Assembly: GCA_030324005.1 (NCBI GenBank)
Contig: JARDVH010000059.1
Location: forward strand, 68,891,383-68,955,382
DNA from: Negaprion brevirostris
Taxonomy: Eukaryota
DNA length: 64,000 bases
Direction: 5' to 3'
How positions within the stretch are numbered: the stretch's first letter is position 1; every line of letters starts with the position of its first letter. Position numbers and translations under genes: made by a program. Below the pieces are notes generated by a model. That model did no database searches. It saw nothing but the letters and a program-made list of their open reading frames with translations, and was not told where the DNA came from. Positions 12,560-24,506 of this stretch are shown piece after piece.

Positions 12560-13095
12560 AATCATACAGTGTTGAAGCAGGCCACTTGGCTAAAAATACC
12601 TGTGCCAGCTGGTTAAAACGGCTATCCATTTTTTCTTCTCTCCTACTCTGCCCCAGAAAGCCCGGAAAATTATTTATTTTCAAGTATTAAATTCCCTTAT
12701 GGAAGTTACAATTTCTCCATCCTGTTAGGTAGTGCATTCCGACTCATAATAACTTGTGATGTTAAAAAAAAGCCCCCTCATCAACTACCTATTTTTGCTA
12801 AATAATTTAAATATTGGTGCTGTCTGGTCACCTACCCTTCTGCTGGGGCATATACTTGATGAAAATCAGTCATGAATATAAATATATCTATTAAGCTGTC
12901 CCTTAATTTCCTCTTCCCAAAAGAGAACAAACACAGATTCCCTAGCCTCTTCACACGACTGAAGTCCCCCATCTCTACTATCATTCTGGTGAATCTTCTC
13001 GACATCCTCTCCAAGGCCTTAACATCATTCACAGAGTGTGACTCAGCAGTGGTTTTTACAAGTTCAGCATAGCTTCATTTCTTTTGTACTCTGCA
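12560..13095 (-). mobile_element. Old CR1 LINE 3' fragment
   Basis: Minus-strand DVKALERMSRRFTRMI...RLGNLCLFSFGKRKLRDSLI. Confidence 0.8.
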
Positions 13096-13647
13096 GAAAT
13101 CCATGGAAACCAAAATTGGGATCAAAGCTTGTGTCAACTTGCAGGATGGAGGTCAACAGAGTGATCCATAGAAAGAAACATCAGTGTAACAGTTGACATA
13201 ATTCTCTGCAGATATTTCCCTTCAATGTGATCAAAGATCTTTTTGTCCTTGAAGGAACAAACTAATACATTGGATCCACTTTAATATTCAAAAGCTTCTG
13301 CATAATTTGAGCGCTGATTAAGGTTGATCTTTGTGGACCAATTTATAGGACATAAGATGTACATTTACATGTTTACATTTGTGTGCAGTGTTTTTGTTTG
13401 AATGAGCAAACACAAGAACATATCACTTTGTTATTAAGAATTTCCAAATTTTGATGAAAATATTCGGAAGTGGAATAGGTACATAGGAAATCCATTACAA
13501 GGCATCTTGTAAATTCATATGTTTTTGCTAAAATGGACAAGATAATTTTCACCTTCCAAATGTTCAGCATGGTTCAGCTTCGGAAAAAACCGATATCCAA
13601 CAGGAATAGTTTTGTCAATTAAGTAAGCATAAGGTCACACATCTTAC

Positions 13648-13758
13648 CAGTCAGTAGATTTTTATTTGTGCCAGAGTATTCTCCAAAGAGGCGGAGGAAG
13701 CTAGCAACCCATGTGTGGCTACTCCAATATAGGCGTGTGGCAGATAGGTTCTTTGTTG
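13648..13758 (-). CDS. Candidate internal coding exon (111 bp, phase 1-1) of an unidentified gene
   Basis: Minus-strand acceptor catatcttgctctttcag and donor ctg|gtaaga. Single open frame TKNLSATRLYWSSHTWVASFLRLFGEYSGTNKNLLT, in repeat-free sequence. Protein not recognised. Confidence 0.3.
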
Positions 13759-14899
13759 CTGAAAGAGCAAGATATGAATTCAGATTGATATAGTTTTAAC
13801 AAGAATTCCAAAAATCCAGAGGTGGTTGTCTGCTATGATTTATAGAAGAACAAGTCCTAAAGGCATGTCTCAGATAGCTTTCTCCACTTTGTTTTTTTCT
13901 GAATGGACTTGACCTGAGTTAAGAATGCATGTCAGTGAACTGATCATCTATTCCATCAGCACAGCAAGACAAAAGTCCAGATCCCTCTTGTCTGCATCAG
14001 TGCCTGCAAGGCATTAGATAAATTCTTGGGTGCGTTGGCACTCTCCCAAAGAATGGAAGGGGTGGGAGTCATTCTATTACAAGAAGAGCTCGAGTTCTTA
14101 CCCAATGTTTGAGAGGAATTTGGTTTCTCAATAATACAATCAATGTTCAACATTCAATGACAAATGTTGTGGGGGGTAGGTGGGGTGGGGAGATAATGAT
14201 TTAATATTTTCACTCAGAAGTTTAAAATGTTAGACCATCTCTTCACTTACTGACTGTTGGAACTGCTTATTATTTCACATGCGCCTGACTAAATGAATGA
14301 GCAATTTGTATTTTTAAAATGACATTGACTAAGGTTAAAAATTAACCTGAGATCCTATTAATTATTCAAAACTTATTCAAGTGGAACTTTTGACCAATGT
14401 ATCTCATTGATCTGGCTTTTTAAAATCTCTAATGATGAAATTAGACCCGGCTAGTCCAAGTTAGAAGACTTTAAAAGCAATAACAATCAGAATTTATTAC
14501 TTTATATTGTGAATTATCTTTACTTAACCCCTGACAATTTTGTCATCAGCATACATTGAATCAACACCTGCCCCGAATACATGATGTGGGCTTGCTCTTA
14601 GCTCACATTCTTTCATATCTTCCTGGATAACAACTGATACTTTAATGTCAATCTGACAGCAGAAATTTTAAACTCACCCTGTCCATCAACTCAATTCGGA
14701 ATCTGTGCAAATACAAAACTATGTTCTGTAATGCTGTTTGCAAAGTTTAACATTTCCAGGCTTATTATGAGTGCCCGCTGATTAAGTGACATTCAACCAG
14801 ATGATCTAAAATATTTGGTTAGAGTGGCAAGTTTTTTTCACGTTTGACCAGATGGAGAGTTGGCTGAATTGGATAGTGTTTGAAATTGAGCCTGGGAAT

Positions 14900-16500
14900 C
14901 ATAATGAACCAATTCAAACTGGTGCACAACCAGTCAGTGCACAACCTACATCTGCTCATTTGAATGAATGTAGTGTGCAGCCAATGTTTCTGAATGGCTG
15001 AACATTTCAGCAGGGGGCCCAGCGCATGCGAGCTAGCTTTCACCTGTGAAATGTGAAGTCTATTCTGGCTGCAACAGGGGAGACCTGAAGAAAGGAGCAG
15101 GAATGATGCAGCAGACCCCAGACTGTGCCCCCAGGTTCCTGGTTGCTGTCCTGAATTCATTAGTGTGGGAGGTGGCCAGAAGGAGAAATGTTCTCTTCCC
15201 TCAGCAGTCCCAGATTCTCCCCAGACAGGTGCCGAGAAGACAGTGGGAGCAGGTGCCTGTGTTAGTAGGTATCACCTATCTGGTGTCAAAGGCCTAGTGC
15301 TGCAAGATGCTTCATGACCTCACACAACTGGCAGGTCAAATCAATAAATGCACTCCTGGATACCATTCCCTACAGCTAGCTTCATGCACCATAGGCCCTT
15401 CACCCATTTACCAGCACTCAATGTCAACAATGACTCATCTGTTACACCTATATGCTGGAAGCTGGCATGATTGCATTTGCTCACTGCTAGGAAGGAGTTG
15501 GAGCTGGGAATAACTGGAGTGGCTGTCACTGAAACCTGGGTAAGTAGCAGGACCATTGCGGGCTTGAAGGCCTAGTGTGTGAACATACTGCATAGAAGAA
15601 AGCTCTGTCATACAATCTCACACTCACAGCCACCAGCCTAGAAACTGGCACTGCATGAAGCTTACAGAGTAGTTTAGAGACCGTATCTGCACATGAACAC
15701 CAGGCATGAATGAGCTGTAAACAGGTCAGGGGGAATGAATTACATGGTGCTAGTTCCCCAGAGGATGAAGTTGCTCATGGGTTCTGCTAAGGACTCAGAT
15801 GATGACTTCGATGGAGCAGCATATAGAAAAAGGCTGATCACCTTGCACCACCCAGAAAGCCGATTGCCACTGCCCTAGCAACAATTGGCACAGACTTTTG
15901 AGCAAAGCTTGGAGCCCATTCTTTTCAGTGTGGGAGTGGGTGCCAAATCCAGCAAACCTGTTGCAAGCACAACTATGATGCAGGATCCAATGGCTGATTT
16001 TGGGGTCACAAAATCTTAGATTTTTGCCAGTCAAGCTCAGACAGCTGTGGATACCAGTGTCTAAAAGGGCTTGTAGGCAGGTCCACACAGCAACTCAAGG
16101 ATCTAGGCTTCCTGAGGCAAAGCCCAGGAGGAATGACAGTGGTTCCAGGGTGTCTGAAGCTGCTGTTCTATCCCAGGATGACAATGCTGTATTCATGATC
16201 CTACCACTGATACTTAGGCAATGGCAAAGGCATTGACACTAAGTGAGCCTACCCACACTGCTGCCACCCATGCTGAGGTGGTACAGTCTGAAGACTTCCA
16301 GTCTGAGAGTTCAGGGTGTTCTCCAAGACTATCTGAAAATTGAGCAGCTTTCCACGATGAGACCACAATGATAACATTATGTATGAGCACTTTGGACTGG
16401 CAAAGGCACATGGAAGACAGGCACTAAGATGCAAGTGTGATTAGTTTAAATATGTTTTCAATATGGTGTGAATCTGTATTTTGTGTAGTTTTGATTTTAT
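14900..16500 (+). mobile_element. Harbinger transposon Myb/SANT-like gene relic
   Basis: CAPRFLVAVLNSLVWEVARRRNVLFP...RQWEQV at 15120-15260, followed by a CKMLHDL-like motif. Right boundary approximate. Confidence 0.7.
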
Positions 16501-16559
16501 CATTGCAACAATGCCATTTTCTGATATGCTTCTATCGAATCATCACTCAGTCTCTTTCC

Positions 16560-18088
16560 TCCTTCATACACTTCATCCTGGATCACAATGTCTTCACCCT
16601 CAACAGTTCTTCAGCCAGACACATGGAACAGCCATGGGGACTAAAATCGCACCTCAGTTTTCCAACATCTTCATGCACAAGAACAAAGACCACTTCACCG
16701 CTCAGGACCTTTAACCAATGCTATATACGAGATACATCGATGACATTTTCTTCCTTTGGACTCACAGCGAACAATCACTGAAGCAACTATATGGTGACAT
16801 CAACAAGTTCCAAACCACAATCAGACACACCATGGACTACTCTCCAGAATTGGTTGCATTATTGAATACACGCATCTCGATCAAGGACGACCACTTCAGC
16901 ACTTCACTGTACCGCAAGCCCACAGATAACCTCACAATGTTCCACTTCTCCAGCTTCCACCCTAAAAACGTTAAAGAAGCCATTCCCTATGGACAAGCCC
17001 TCCATATACACAGGATCTGCTCAGATGAGGAGGATAGCAACAGTTATCTACTGATGCTGAAAGATGCCCACATATGAACAGGATATGGCGCTTGACTCAT
17101 CAATCGACAGTTCTGACATGCCACAGCAAAAACCACACCAACCTCCTTAGAAGACAAACACGGGACATGGTGAACAGGTCATCCGGTACTCCGCTGGAGC
17201 AGAGAAGCTACAACATCTTCTCTGGAGCCTTCAACGTGTCATTGATGAAGATGAATATCTCGCCAAGGCCATCCCCACACCCCCACTACTTGCCTTCAAA
17301 CAACTGCACAACCTCAAACAGTCCACTGTCCGCGACAAACTACCCAGCCTTCAGGAGAACAGTGACCACGACATCACACAACCCTGCCACAGCAACCTCT
17401 GCAGGACGTGCCGGATCATTGACATGGATGCCATCATCTCACGTGAGAACACCATCCACCAGGTACATGGTACATACTCTTGTGACTCAGCCAACGTTGT
17501 CTACGCTGCAGGAAAGGATGTCCCGAGGCATGGTACATTGGGGAGACCATACAGATGTTACGACAATGGATGAATGGACACCGCTCGTCAATCATCAGGC
17601 AGAAGTGTTCTCTTTCTGTCAGGGAATGCTTCAGCAGTCACGGGCATTCAGCCTCTGATCTTTGGGTAAGCATTCTCCAAGGCAGCCTTCAAGACACACA
17701 ACAATGCAGAATCGCTGAGCAGAAACTGATAGCCAAGTTCTGCACACATGAAGACGGCCTCAACCGAGATCTTGGATTCATGTCACATTATCTGTAACCC
17801 CCACGACTTGCTTGGGCTTGCAAAATCTTACTAACTGTCCTGTCTTGAGACAATTCACACCTCGTTAACCTGAACTTAACCATACTCACATTGTTTATCC
17901 CTGTAAAGACTTGATTACTTGTTAAGACTTGCATTCCAATCATTATCTTGTAAATTGAGCCTGTGAGTGTATATGCCCTGTTTGTGAACCCAATCCTCTG
18001 CTCACTTGATGAAAGGACAGCGTTCTGAAAGCTTGTGCTAGCAAATAAACTTGTTGGACTTTAACCTGGTGTTGTGAGACATCTTACT
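16560..18088 (+). mobile_element. Penelope-like retroelement, 5'-truncated (RT + GIY-YIG endonuclease + 3' terminal region), frameshifted
   Basis: GTAMGTKIAPQFSNIFM, RYIDDIFFLW, TSLYRKPTD...SSFHP...AIPYGQALHIHRICS, CRKGCPEAWYIGET, RIAEQKLIAKF...GLN. Ends cctggtgttgtgagacatcttact. Confidence 0.92.
18001..18037 (+). ncRNA. Minimal type-I hammerhead ribozyme-like motif (C3>U variant)
   Basis: cac-TTGATGA-a-AGGAC(agc)GTTCT-GAAA-gcTT-gtg. Stem I cac/gtg, stem II paired, palindromic AGCT in place of stem III. Confidence 0.75.
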
Positions 18089-19790
18089 CCACTTCAAGGG
18101 GAACACCAACTTTTCTAACCTAATCTCCTGGAACTGTTCTGATAATTCTTCTCTGCGTCATGCAATAGTCCTCACCTCCTTCCCAAAGTGTGGTGACAAC
18201 AACTGGAACCCTGTGTTCTCATTGTATCCTAACCACAGCTTTATAAGTGTTCAACACAACTTTTTTGTTTTTGTACTCAATAAAGCCTAAAATCACATAT
18301 GTTTTGTTAAGCATTCTTTCACTATGTCCTTCAGCCATCAAAGATGGTTGCAGTACATGAGCCTCCAGGCTCCTCTGTCTGTGCACAATATTTAGAACTG
18401 TGCCATTAAGTCTATGTTACCTGTTCTCATCCCTCCAGCCATAAATGCATTGCTTCACCCTTCTATCTATTAATTTCCACTTTCCTGCCTGATCTGCTAG
18501 CCTATCTATGCCTTATTAAAGTTACTTTGCATCAAAATCACAGTATGCCACACCTATATGCTTGGTGACAATTTGAAATCTTATGCCGTATCCCAAAATC
18601 CAAGACATTTATATGTAAAAAAATTATTTCAAGCACTAAACCTTGGAGATGGACTTCTGCCTACCATCATCCAGTGTGCAAAGTAGCCGTTTACTGTGAC
18701 TCAATTTTTTTTAAACCTGAGGCCAATTTTTTATCCAGGGTGACACTGATCATCCTATGCCATGAGCCTCAATTTTATTAACAAGCCTTTTATGTAGTAC
18801 TTTGTCAAATATTTTCTTAAAATCTATCTAGACAACTTCCATTGAATTCCTTTCATCAACCTTCATTATAAAATTAAATTAGATTAGTGAAGCATAATTT
18901 GCTTTTTAGAAATCCATGCTGGCTCTCTTTAATCAACTCAATCTTCTTCAAATGCTTGTTGATTTTTTCCTTATTGCTTCTAAAACCTTACCCAGCACTG
19001 ATGTTAAACTAACTGGCCTGTAGTTGTTTGCACTGATCCTTTCTTGAATACGTGTGTCACTTTCCAAACCTCTAAAACAGCCCCTCTATCTTGGAAAATT
19101 ATGGCAAGTCCTTTCACTATCCTCATCTTCACTCTCTTTAGCAACCCAAGCCATCAAGACCAAGTGACTTATCCACTCAAAGCATAGCCAGCCTTACCAG
19201 TGCCTCCTGCCTCTTAATTTTCATTCCACCTATTGTCCCAGCCTTTGCCACTCCTAATAACATTTTGTCAGCATTCTCTTCATTAGTAAATACCAATAGG
19301 AAATACTTGTTAAATTTTCTATGCCTCTAAACACATAGCACCCTTGTTGTTTCAATTTGGACCACTCTGCTTCTTATTACCTACTTCCTATCAATCACAT
19401 TTCAACGGTAAGTTCTATTTTATGTTGACTGCCATTTTATTCTCATACTGACCAGGGTTTCACTTGAAGAATTTGCCTGATATTCATCACATAATCTCTT
19501 CTTTTGTTTCATCATGTTCTCTATCTCTCTGGTCATCCAAGAGCCATAGCTATGGTTTCTTTACCTTACACTCTTGTTGGAATGCACCCCAGTCTATATG
19601 TGAAGCATATCTGCCTACATGATTACTCATTGTTCTTTTTCAGGTCCTCTCACTCTTTGGTTTGATCCCGTCTTATTCCATTGAAATTAGCCCTCTTCCA
19701 ATAACTTAGATGTTCTACTTTAAATGATTCCTTATTTTTCACTGTTACTGATCAAACTTTATAATATGATCACTCTTATCCAAATATTCT
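18089..19790 (-). mobile_element. Old CR1 LINE ORF2 relic; continues at ~16525-16560 on the other side of the Penelope insertion
   Basis: Minus-strand RT motifs near 18780-18840 (VYxDF-K-FDKVLHKRL), GFLKSK-CFT near 18900, and YRPVSLTSV near 19000. Confidence 0.75.
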
Positions 19791-19804
19791 CCCACAGAGA
19801 CTTG

Positions 19805-20435
19805 GGATGGAATTTAAAGCTCCCCCAGTGTGGTTCTGAAGCAGGTGGGGTGGGGCAGTGTAAAATTAAATGCAATTACATACTCAGGTGGGCAGGACCG
19901 CATATGGGAATCCCTCCCTTTCACCTATTGAAGTCCTTAGGTGGCAACTTTTCTCCATCTTGAGTGGGAAGTGCAGGCTGCACGTTTCAATCTGAAGGCC
20001 CCTTCAGAGTTGTGGTGCCCTCCCATCCTGGATCTTGGAGGCTGGGCTATCCCTCCCCATCCCTGGCCTAATACCCGATGCTGTGATCGGTGACCATTGC
20101 AGGATGTTCCCTATCCTCCAGCTCCCGGGAACCTCAGGACTTACCTTTCCAATGGGCCTGGGACTTAGTTATAGGCAGAGTACTGCAGTACCACTTCTGG
20201 CCAGTGCAGCACTGTTCCTGGTCAAGTTGTAAAGTTGTCCGCCAATTAAATTGGCCAACAGTTCTCTCAGACAGGATTTCCTTCTAAGGACAGATGGAAA
20301 TCCTGCCCACTACCAATCAACGCTCAAGTGAACGTTAAATGACAATGGGCTTCTGAGAGTTGGCGGTAACCTGTTACGTGCCAATTCTCAAGATGGCGAG
20401 AACTGCTTGCTTGCCATCCATAAAATTTTATCTTT
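19805..20435. mobile_element. Harbinger-type non-autonomous DNA element (decayed)
   Basis: Starts gggatggaattt and ends ataaaattttatc. GC-rich body with a ccaatt-aattgg palindrome shared with neighbouring elements. Confidence 0.5.
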
Positions 20436-20665
20436 AGTTTCCTTGGCCAATCTCATTCCCCAGCAGCAGATCCAGCAGAGTGGAGAGAAAGACAGAATAC
20501 TTAAAATTAAGGAAGGTTCAGTTCAGGACTGGCACAAGAAGAACTCTAAAAGGTAGTGGAGAACAGAAAGAATTTGTAAGAAAAATAGAACGTGGGAGGA
20601 ACATAGAAGAAAACAGAAAGAACAATAAGAGAAAACATTCTTTAGATACGATGACCAAAGACATT

Positions 20666-21190
20666 GGGATGGATTTTAAACTCCTCTCCCCTGGCAGGAT
20701 TGAAGACAGGGGCCTGTGAAAACTTTAGTGACTAGCCTTTTCATCACCTATCCCTGACCTGTCTGAAATTGACTCACCTGATGAAGGGGAAAAGCCCCAA
20801 AAGATAGTCACTGTTGGACTTTAACCTGGTGTTGTCAGACTTGTTACTCTGTCTGAAATCGTACAGGGGACGGGGAAACATTGGGTGGTCTGCCTTTAAA
20901 ACTATTGATTAAGGGCCTCGTACCATCACCACTGATACTTTACACATGGCAGGGGGGAGGCCTATTCCCTGATCCCGGATTCCTCAATGTGGGACTACCT
21001 GGAAACCCACCAGTAAACAGAATCCTGGCTAGAGGTGGTGGGACTACAGAGTTGCCAGCTATCCAATTGGCCAACAATTCTTTAGGGTGGGACTTCTTCC
21101 TGAGAATGGGCAGAAGTTTCAACTTAAAACAATTAACATTGCTCCCAGCGCTAACCTGCGATGTAGCCATCACAATCATGGGAGGTTACC
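20666..21190. mobile_element. Harbinger-type non-autonomous DNA element carrying a mini-Penelope insertion
   Basis: Starts gggatggattttaaactcc. Similar to 19805-20435. Confidence 0.5.
20770..20848 (+). mobile_element. 79-bp Penelope-derived mini-element: hammerhead motif plus terminal sequence
   Basis: ctcac-CTGATGA-a-GGGG(aaaag)CCCC-aaaag, then gttggactttaacctggtgttgtcagacttgttact. Perfect 11-bp TSD ctgtctgaaat at 20759-20769 and 20849-20859. Confidence 0.88.
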
Positions 21191-21414
21191 CTCCCAGTCA
21201 ACTTCTTAACCAGGGTGGGAGAACAGCACCCCATAACATCCAGCACTTTGAATCATTTACGCGTGATACTCAGCTATCTGATAATAGTGGAGTGATGGAA
21301 TCGTTATGTTATGGTTATTTTTATCATTGAAAGAGGTCCAATTTCTTTGCTTTTGGAGAAAGTTCCGTAGAGTGCTGTGAAACTATTTCTTGATTGTATA
21401 CGAGGAAAAGAAAA

Positions 21415-21665
21415 TATGTGGGAACTTGACAGAGGTGCTTAAGGATTTCATCAGTATGGAGAAATCTGAAAGTTCTATTGGCTACAAGATTCAAAGTCTT
21501 GGGGATGTAGTTTAATGTTAAGAGCACTATAGTGAAAGAAAATAGGAAATGTAAGTCATTTCTTTAACTAAGACAGTAATAAACAGTGTGTTAAATAGAA
21601 AACCAAAGTAGCCTTTAAAAAGGATTGGATGAATTCCTATCGGAGCAGTGGATCGATTATTGGAA
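21415..21665 (+). mobile_element. Very old CR1 3' fragment
   Basis: GNLTEVLK...FKKGLDEF-like relics. Confidence 0.45.
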
Positions 21666-22559
21666 GGAAACCTGTGGCTGTATTGCAAGTGTTGGGTCAA
21701 TAGCTAAAATGTCTTGCAATATTACAATCTTGCTGTATAAAAAGGTCTTGGCAGATATCGTGGTGAATATATCGCACAACATAATGCATAATGCCACCAG
21801 TTTTTAAAAGTCATTTTTGGGATATGATTTAGTACACAGTTTGGAAAATGAATGCCTTATTTTTTTGGGTAGTGGTTAAATATTGGATTTGGAACTGATC
21901 TCAGCAAATACCCTGCTGGAAAGAATTCTATCCAATAATAAGCCAGCTCCACATCAAGAAGCATTAGTGCTATCCAGATTTTGTACTTTGCTCAAAAATA
22001 GATGTAAATAGCTGGGTTTTCTACATTATGTGTTAAGGCAAATGAAATTAGAGCACAACTTTAACTGAACCCATTAGTATTTTCACTGATAACCACCATC
22101 ACACAATGCTTGTGAAGGAAATAGAGTTGGATTGCTGATTGTGGCAATATGTATAAGTGGTTTGTGCAGACTATGATATGCAATGATGATTAGGCAGTGT
22201 AGTGGATTCAAATACTATTCTCCCTCGAGACTGCCAATCTAGTCCAAGCAGATGGATGAGGATCTTCTCCTTCTCTCTAATGGCTATTAAGGATCCCAAA
22301 TTAAATTAGTCTTAGCAGTTTCAGCATAATCACAATGCATATGAATCCACAGTAACTAAATTACTCCAAGAATCTGGCTCATAAAATTGCCATTAATTGA
22401 GAAATTGTAGGCAATGCGAAAAACACAAGATGCAATCAAGGCTCTCAAAGTTGTGCAGCCACACATCTCACATCAGTCTCTCAATCAGAGCTTCCCTTTC
22501 TGCACCTTTAACCATTGTTGTCTACAATATTTCATTTCAAAAGAACATCACGAGGACTA

Positions 22560-23730
22560 ATGGATCCAGGGCTTGACGCTGCTTTTCTTCCAGTCTTATT
22601 CAATGGATGTGGAAAAGGAGGGAGAGGCATTGGTCTGCATGTATAGTTTTAACAGGCTGGCGGATATGGTCAGGGGAATCTGAGCATGAACAGGAGTGTG
22701 TGGAAAAGACACTCAGACAGTGGAGGTGATCACTGTACTAAGGGTTTACCGTTGAAGACTCTCCTGCTTCCAGATGAATGAGAGGCAATGTTGAATACGG
22801 CTGTGATTGTCCAGAGGCCTCATAAATCACATTTGCCATATTCTTTGTGAATACCTGGCTCCATGTGCAGTTGGAGGCTTTCCCCCTGCTAGTGGCCTTG
22901 AAGGTGAAGGCAGCACTCAATTCATTTGCCTCTGTGTTTTTCAAGGGATCAACAGGGGACAAGTGTGGCATATCTCAGTCTGTAACAAACACATTGCTAC
23001 ATGAAGGAAGTCACTAAAGCACTTTACAGGAAGGCCCATTATTATGTCAGGTTTGTTCTGGATGAAAATAACCAGACTCAAACCATCTCAGGCTTCCCAA
23101 GACTGCAGGGGGCGATAGACTGCTCCCACATGGCTATACAGGCTCCATGGCAACAGCCTCTAAAGTTTATAAACAGTAAGGACTACCATTCCATCAATCA
23201 CGATTGGTGTGTGAGCATCACAAGCACACCCTGAATGTGTGTGCACATTACCCTGGGAGTTTCCATGACTCTGACCTCCTCACTCCCTCTAAGGGTGGAA
23301 TGTCTTGAGGGATGCTTGCTGAGGCCACTTAAACACTGGCTGATGACTTCAATGTGCCTCCCTCAAACTCATGTCTAGGAGAGATACAATGCTGCTCACA
23401 GCTCCCTGATGGAGCACAACCACTTGAATACTGGCTGAAGGTGTGCTCCAATGCCTGGTCCATTGGCTCTCTGCATTACACATCAGAGTGGGTTCCCACA
23501 TGATCACAGGTTGCTGTGCCCTTCACAATCTGCCATACAAAGAAGTGAGCTCTTGCCAGAGAATGAACTGGAGGAGGATGCGAGCTCAGTGGAAAATGGA
23601 GATGAGGAGGTACAGGAAGTCCAGGATCCTGCTGAGGGACAGGATGAACACGCTGATACTGTGAAGGAAGACATAAGAGATGTTCCTGTAAGACTTTAAT
23701 AGCTGACAGGATCCAGGAGGAGTAAAATTA
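22560..23730 (+). mobile_element. Harbinger/PIF DDE transposase (HARBI1-like) relic
   Basis: LVALKVKAALN, FQGSTGDKCGISQS, ISGFPRLQGAIDCSHMAIQAP...FINSKDYHSIN, YPGSFHDS, CCALHNL and an acidic tail. Many frameshifts. Confidence 0.9.
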
Positions 23731-23965
23731 AATGATTTCATTAGGACACATCTCCCCTAGCCCTCCAAACCACTCCCAGTCATCTCAGAGGAATAGTTGA
23801 ATTATTGCTGAGAGAACCACTTCTATATCTACCCCTGTGCATTCTGACCGCAGGACTGGCCAGGACATGGGTGCGGTATTATGAAACAAATTCCAAGTCC
23901 GGAACGAGCATGAAAATGGGAGAGTTTCTGTACTTTTTTTTGGGCAAGTCCAAATTTTCTATCTT

Positions 23966-24506
23966 AAGAACAAAGAACAAAGAACAAAGAACAACACAGC
24001 ACGGGAAACAGGCCCTTCGGCCCAACGAGCCTGCGCCGCCGTCCCATTGTCANNNNNNNNNNNNNNNNNNNNNNNNNNNNNNNNNNNNNNNNNNNNNNNN
24101 NNNNNNNNNNNNNNNNNNNNNNNNNNNNNNNNNNNNNNNNNNNNNNNNNNNNNNNNNNNNNNNNNNNNNNNNNNNNNNNNNNNNNNNNNNNNNNNNNNNN
24201 NNNNNNNNNNNNNNNNNNNNNNNNNNNNNNNNNNNNNNNNNNNNNNNNNNNNNNNNNNNNNNNNNNNNNNNNNNNNNNNNNNNNNNNNNNNNNNNNNNNN
24301 NNNNNNNNNNNNNNNNNNNNNNNNNNNNNNNNNNNNNNNNNNNNNNNNNNNNNNNNNNNNNNNNNNNNNNNNNNNNNNNNNNNNNNNNNNNNNNNNNNNN
24401 NNNNNNNNNNNNNNNNNNNNNNNNNNNNNNNNNNNNNNNNNNNNNNNNNNNNNNNNNNNNNNNNNNNNNNNNNNNNNNNNNNNNNNNNNNNNNNNNNNNN
24501 NNNNNN
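23966..24506 (-). mobile_element. Young CR1-tail element (mostly gap) inserted in a Harbinger-type element (~23810-24873)
   Basis: (aagaaca)n tail plus cagcacgggaaacaggcccttcggcccaacgagcc. Host element ends taagattgcccc. Confidence 0.7.

Noticed and set aside
22560-23730. Host HARBI1 gene
   Set aside because: Numerous frameshifts and stops and a second divergent copy nearby indicate a transposon relic
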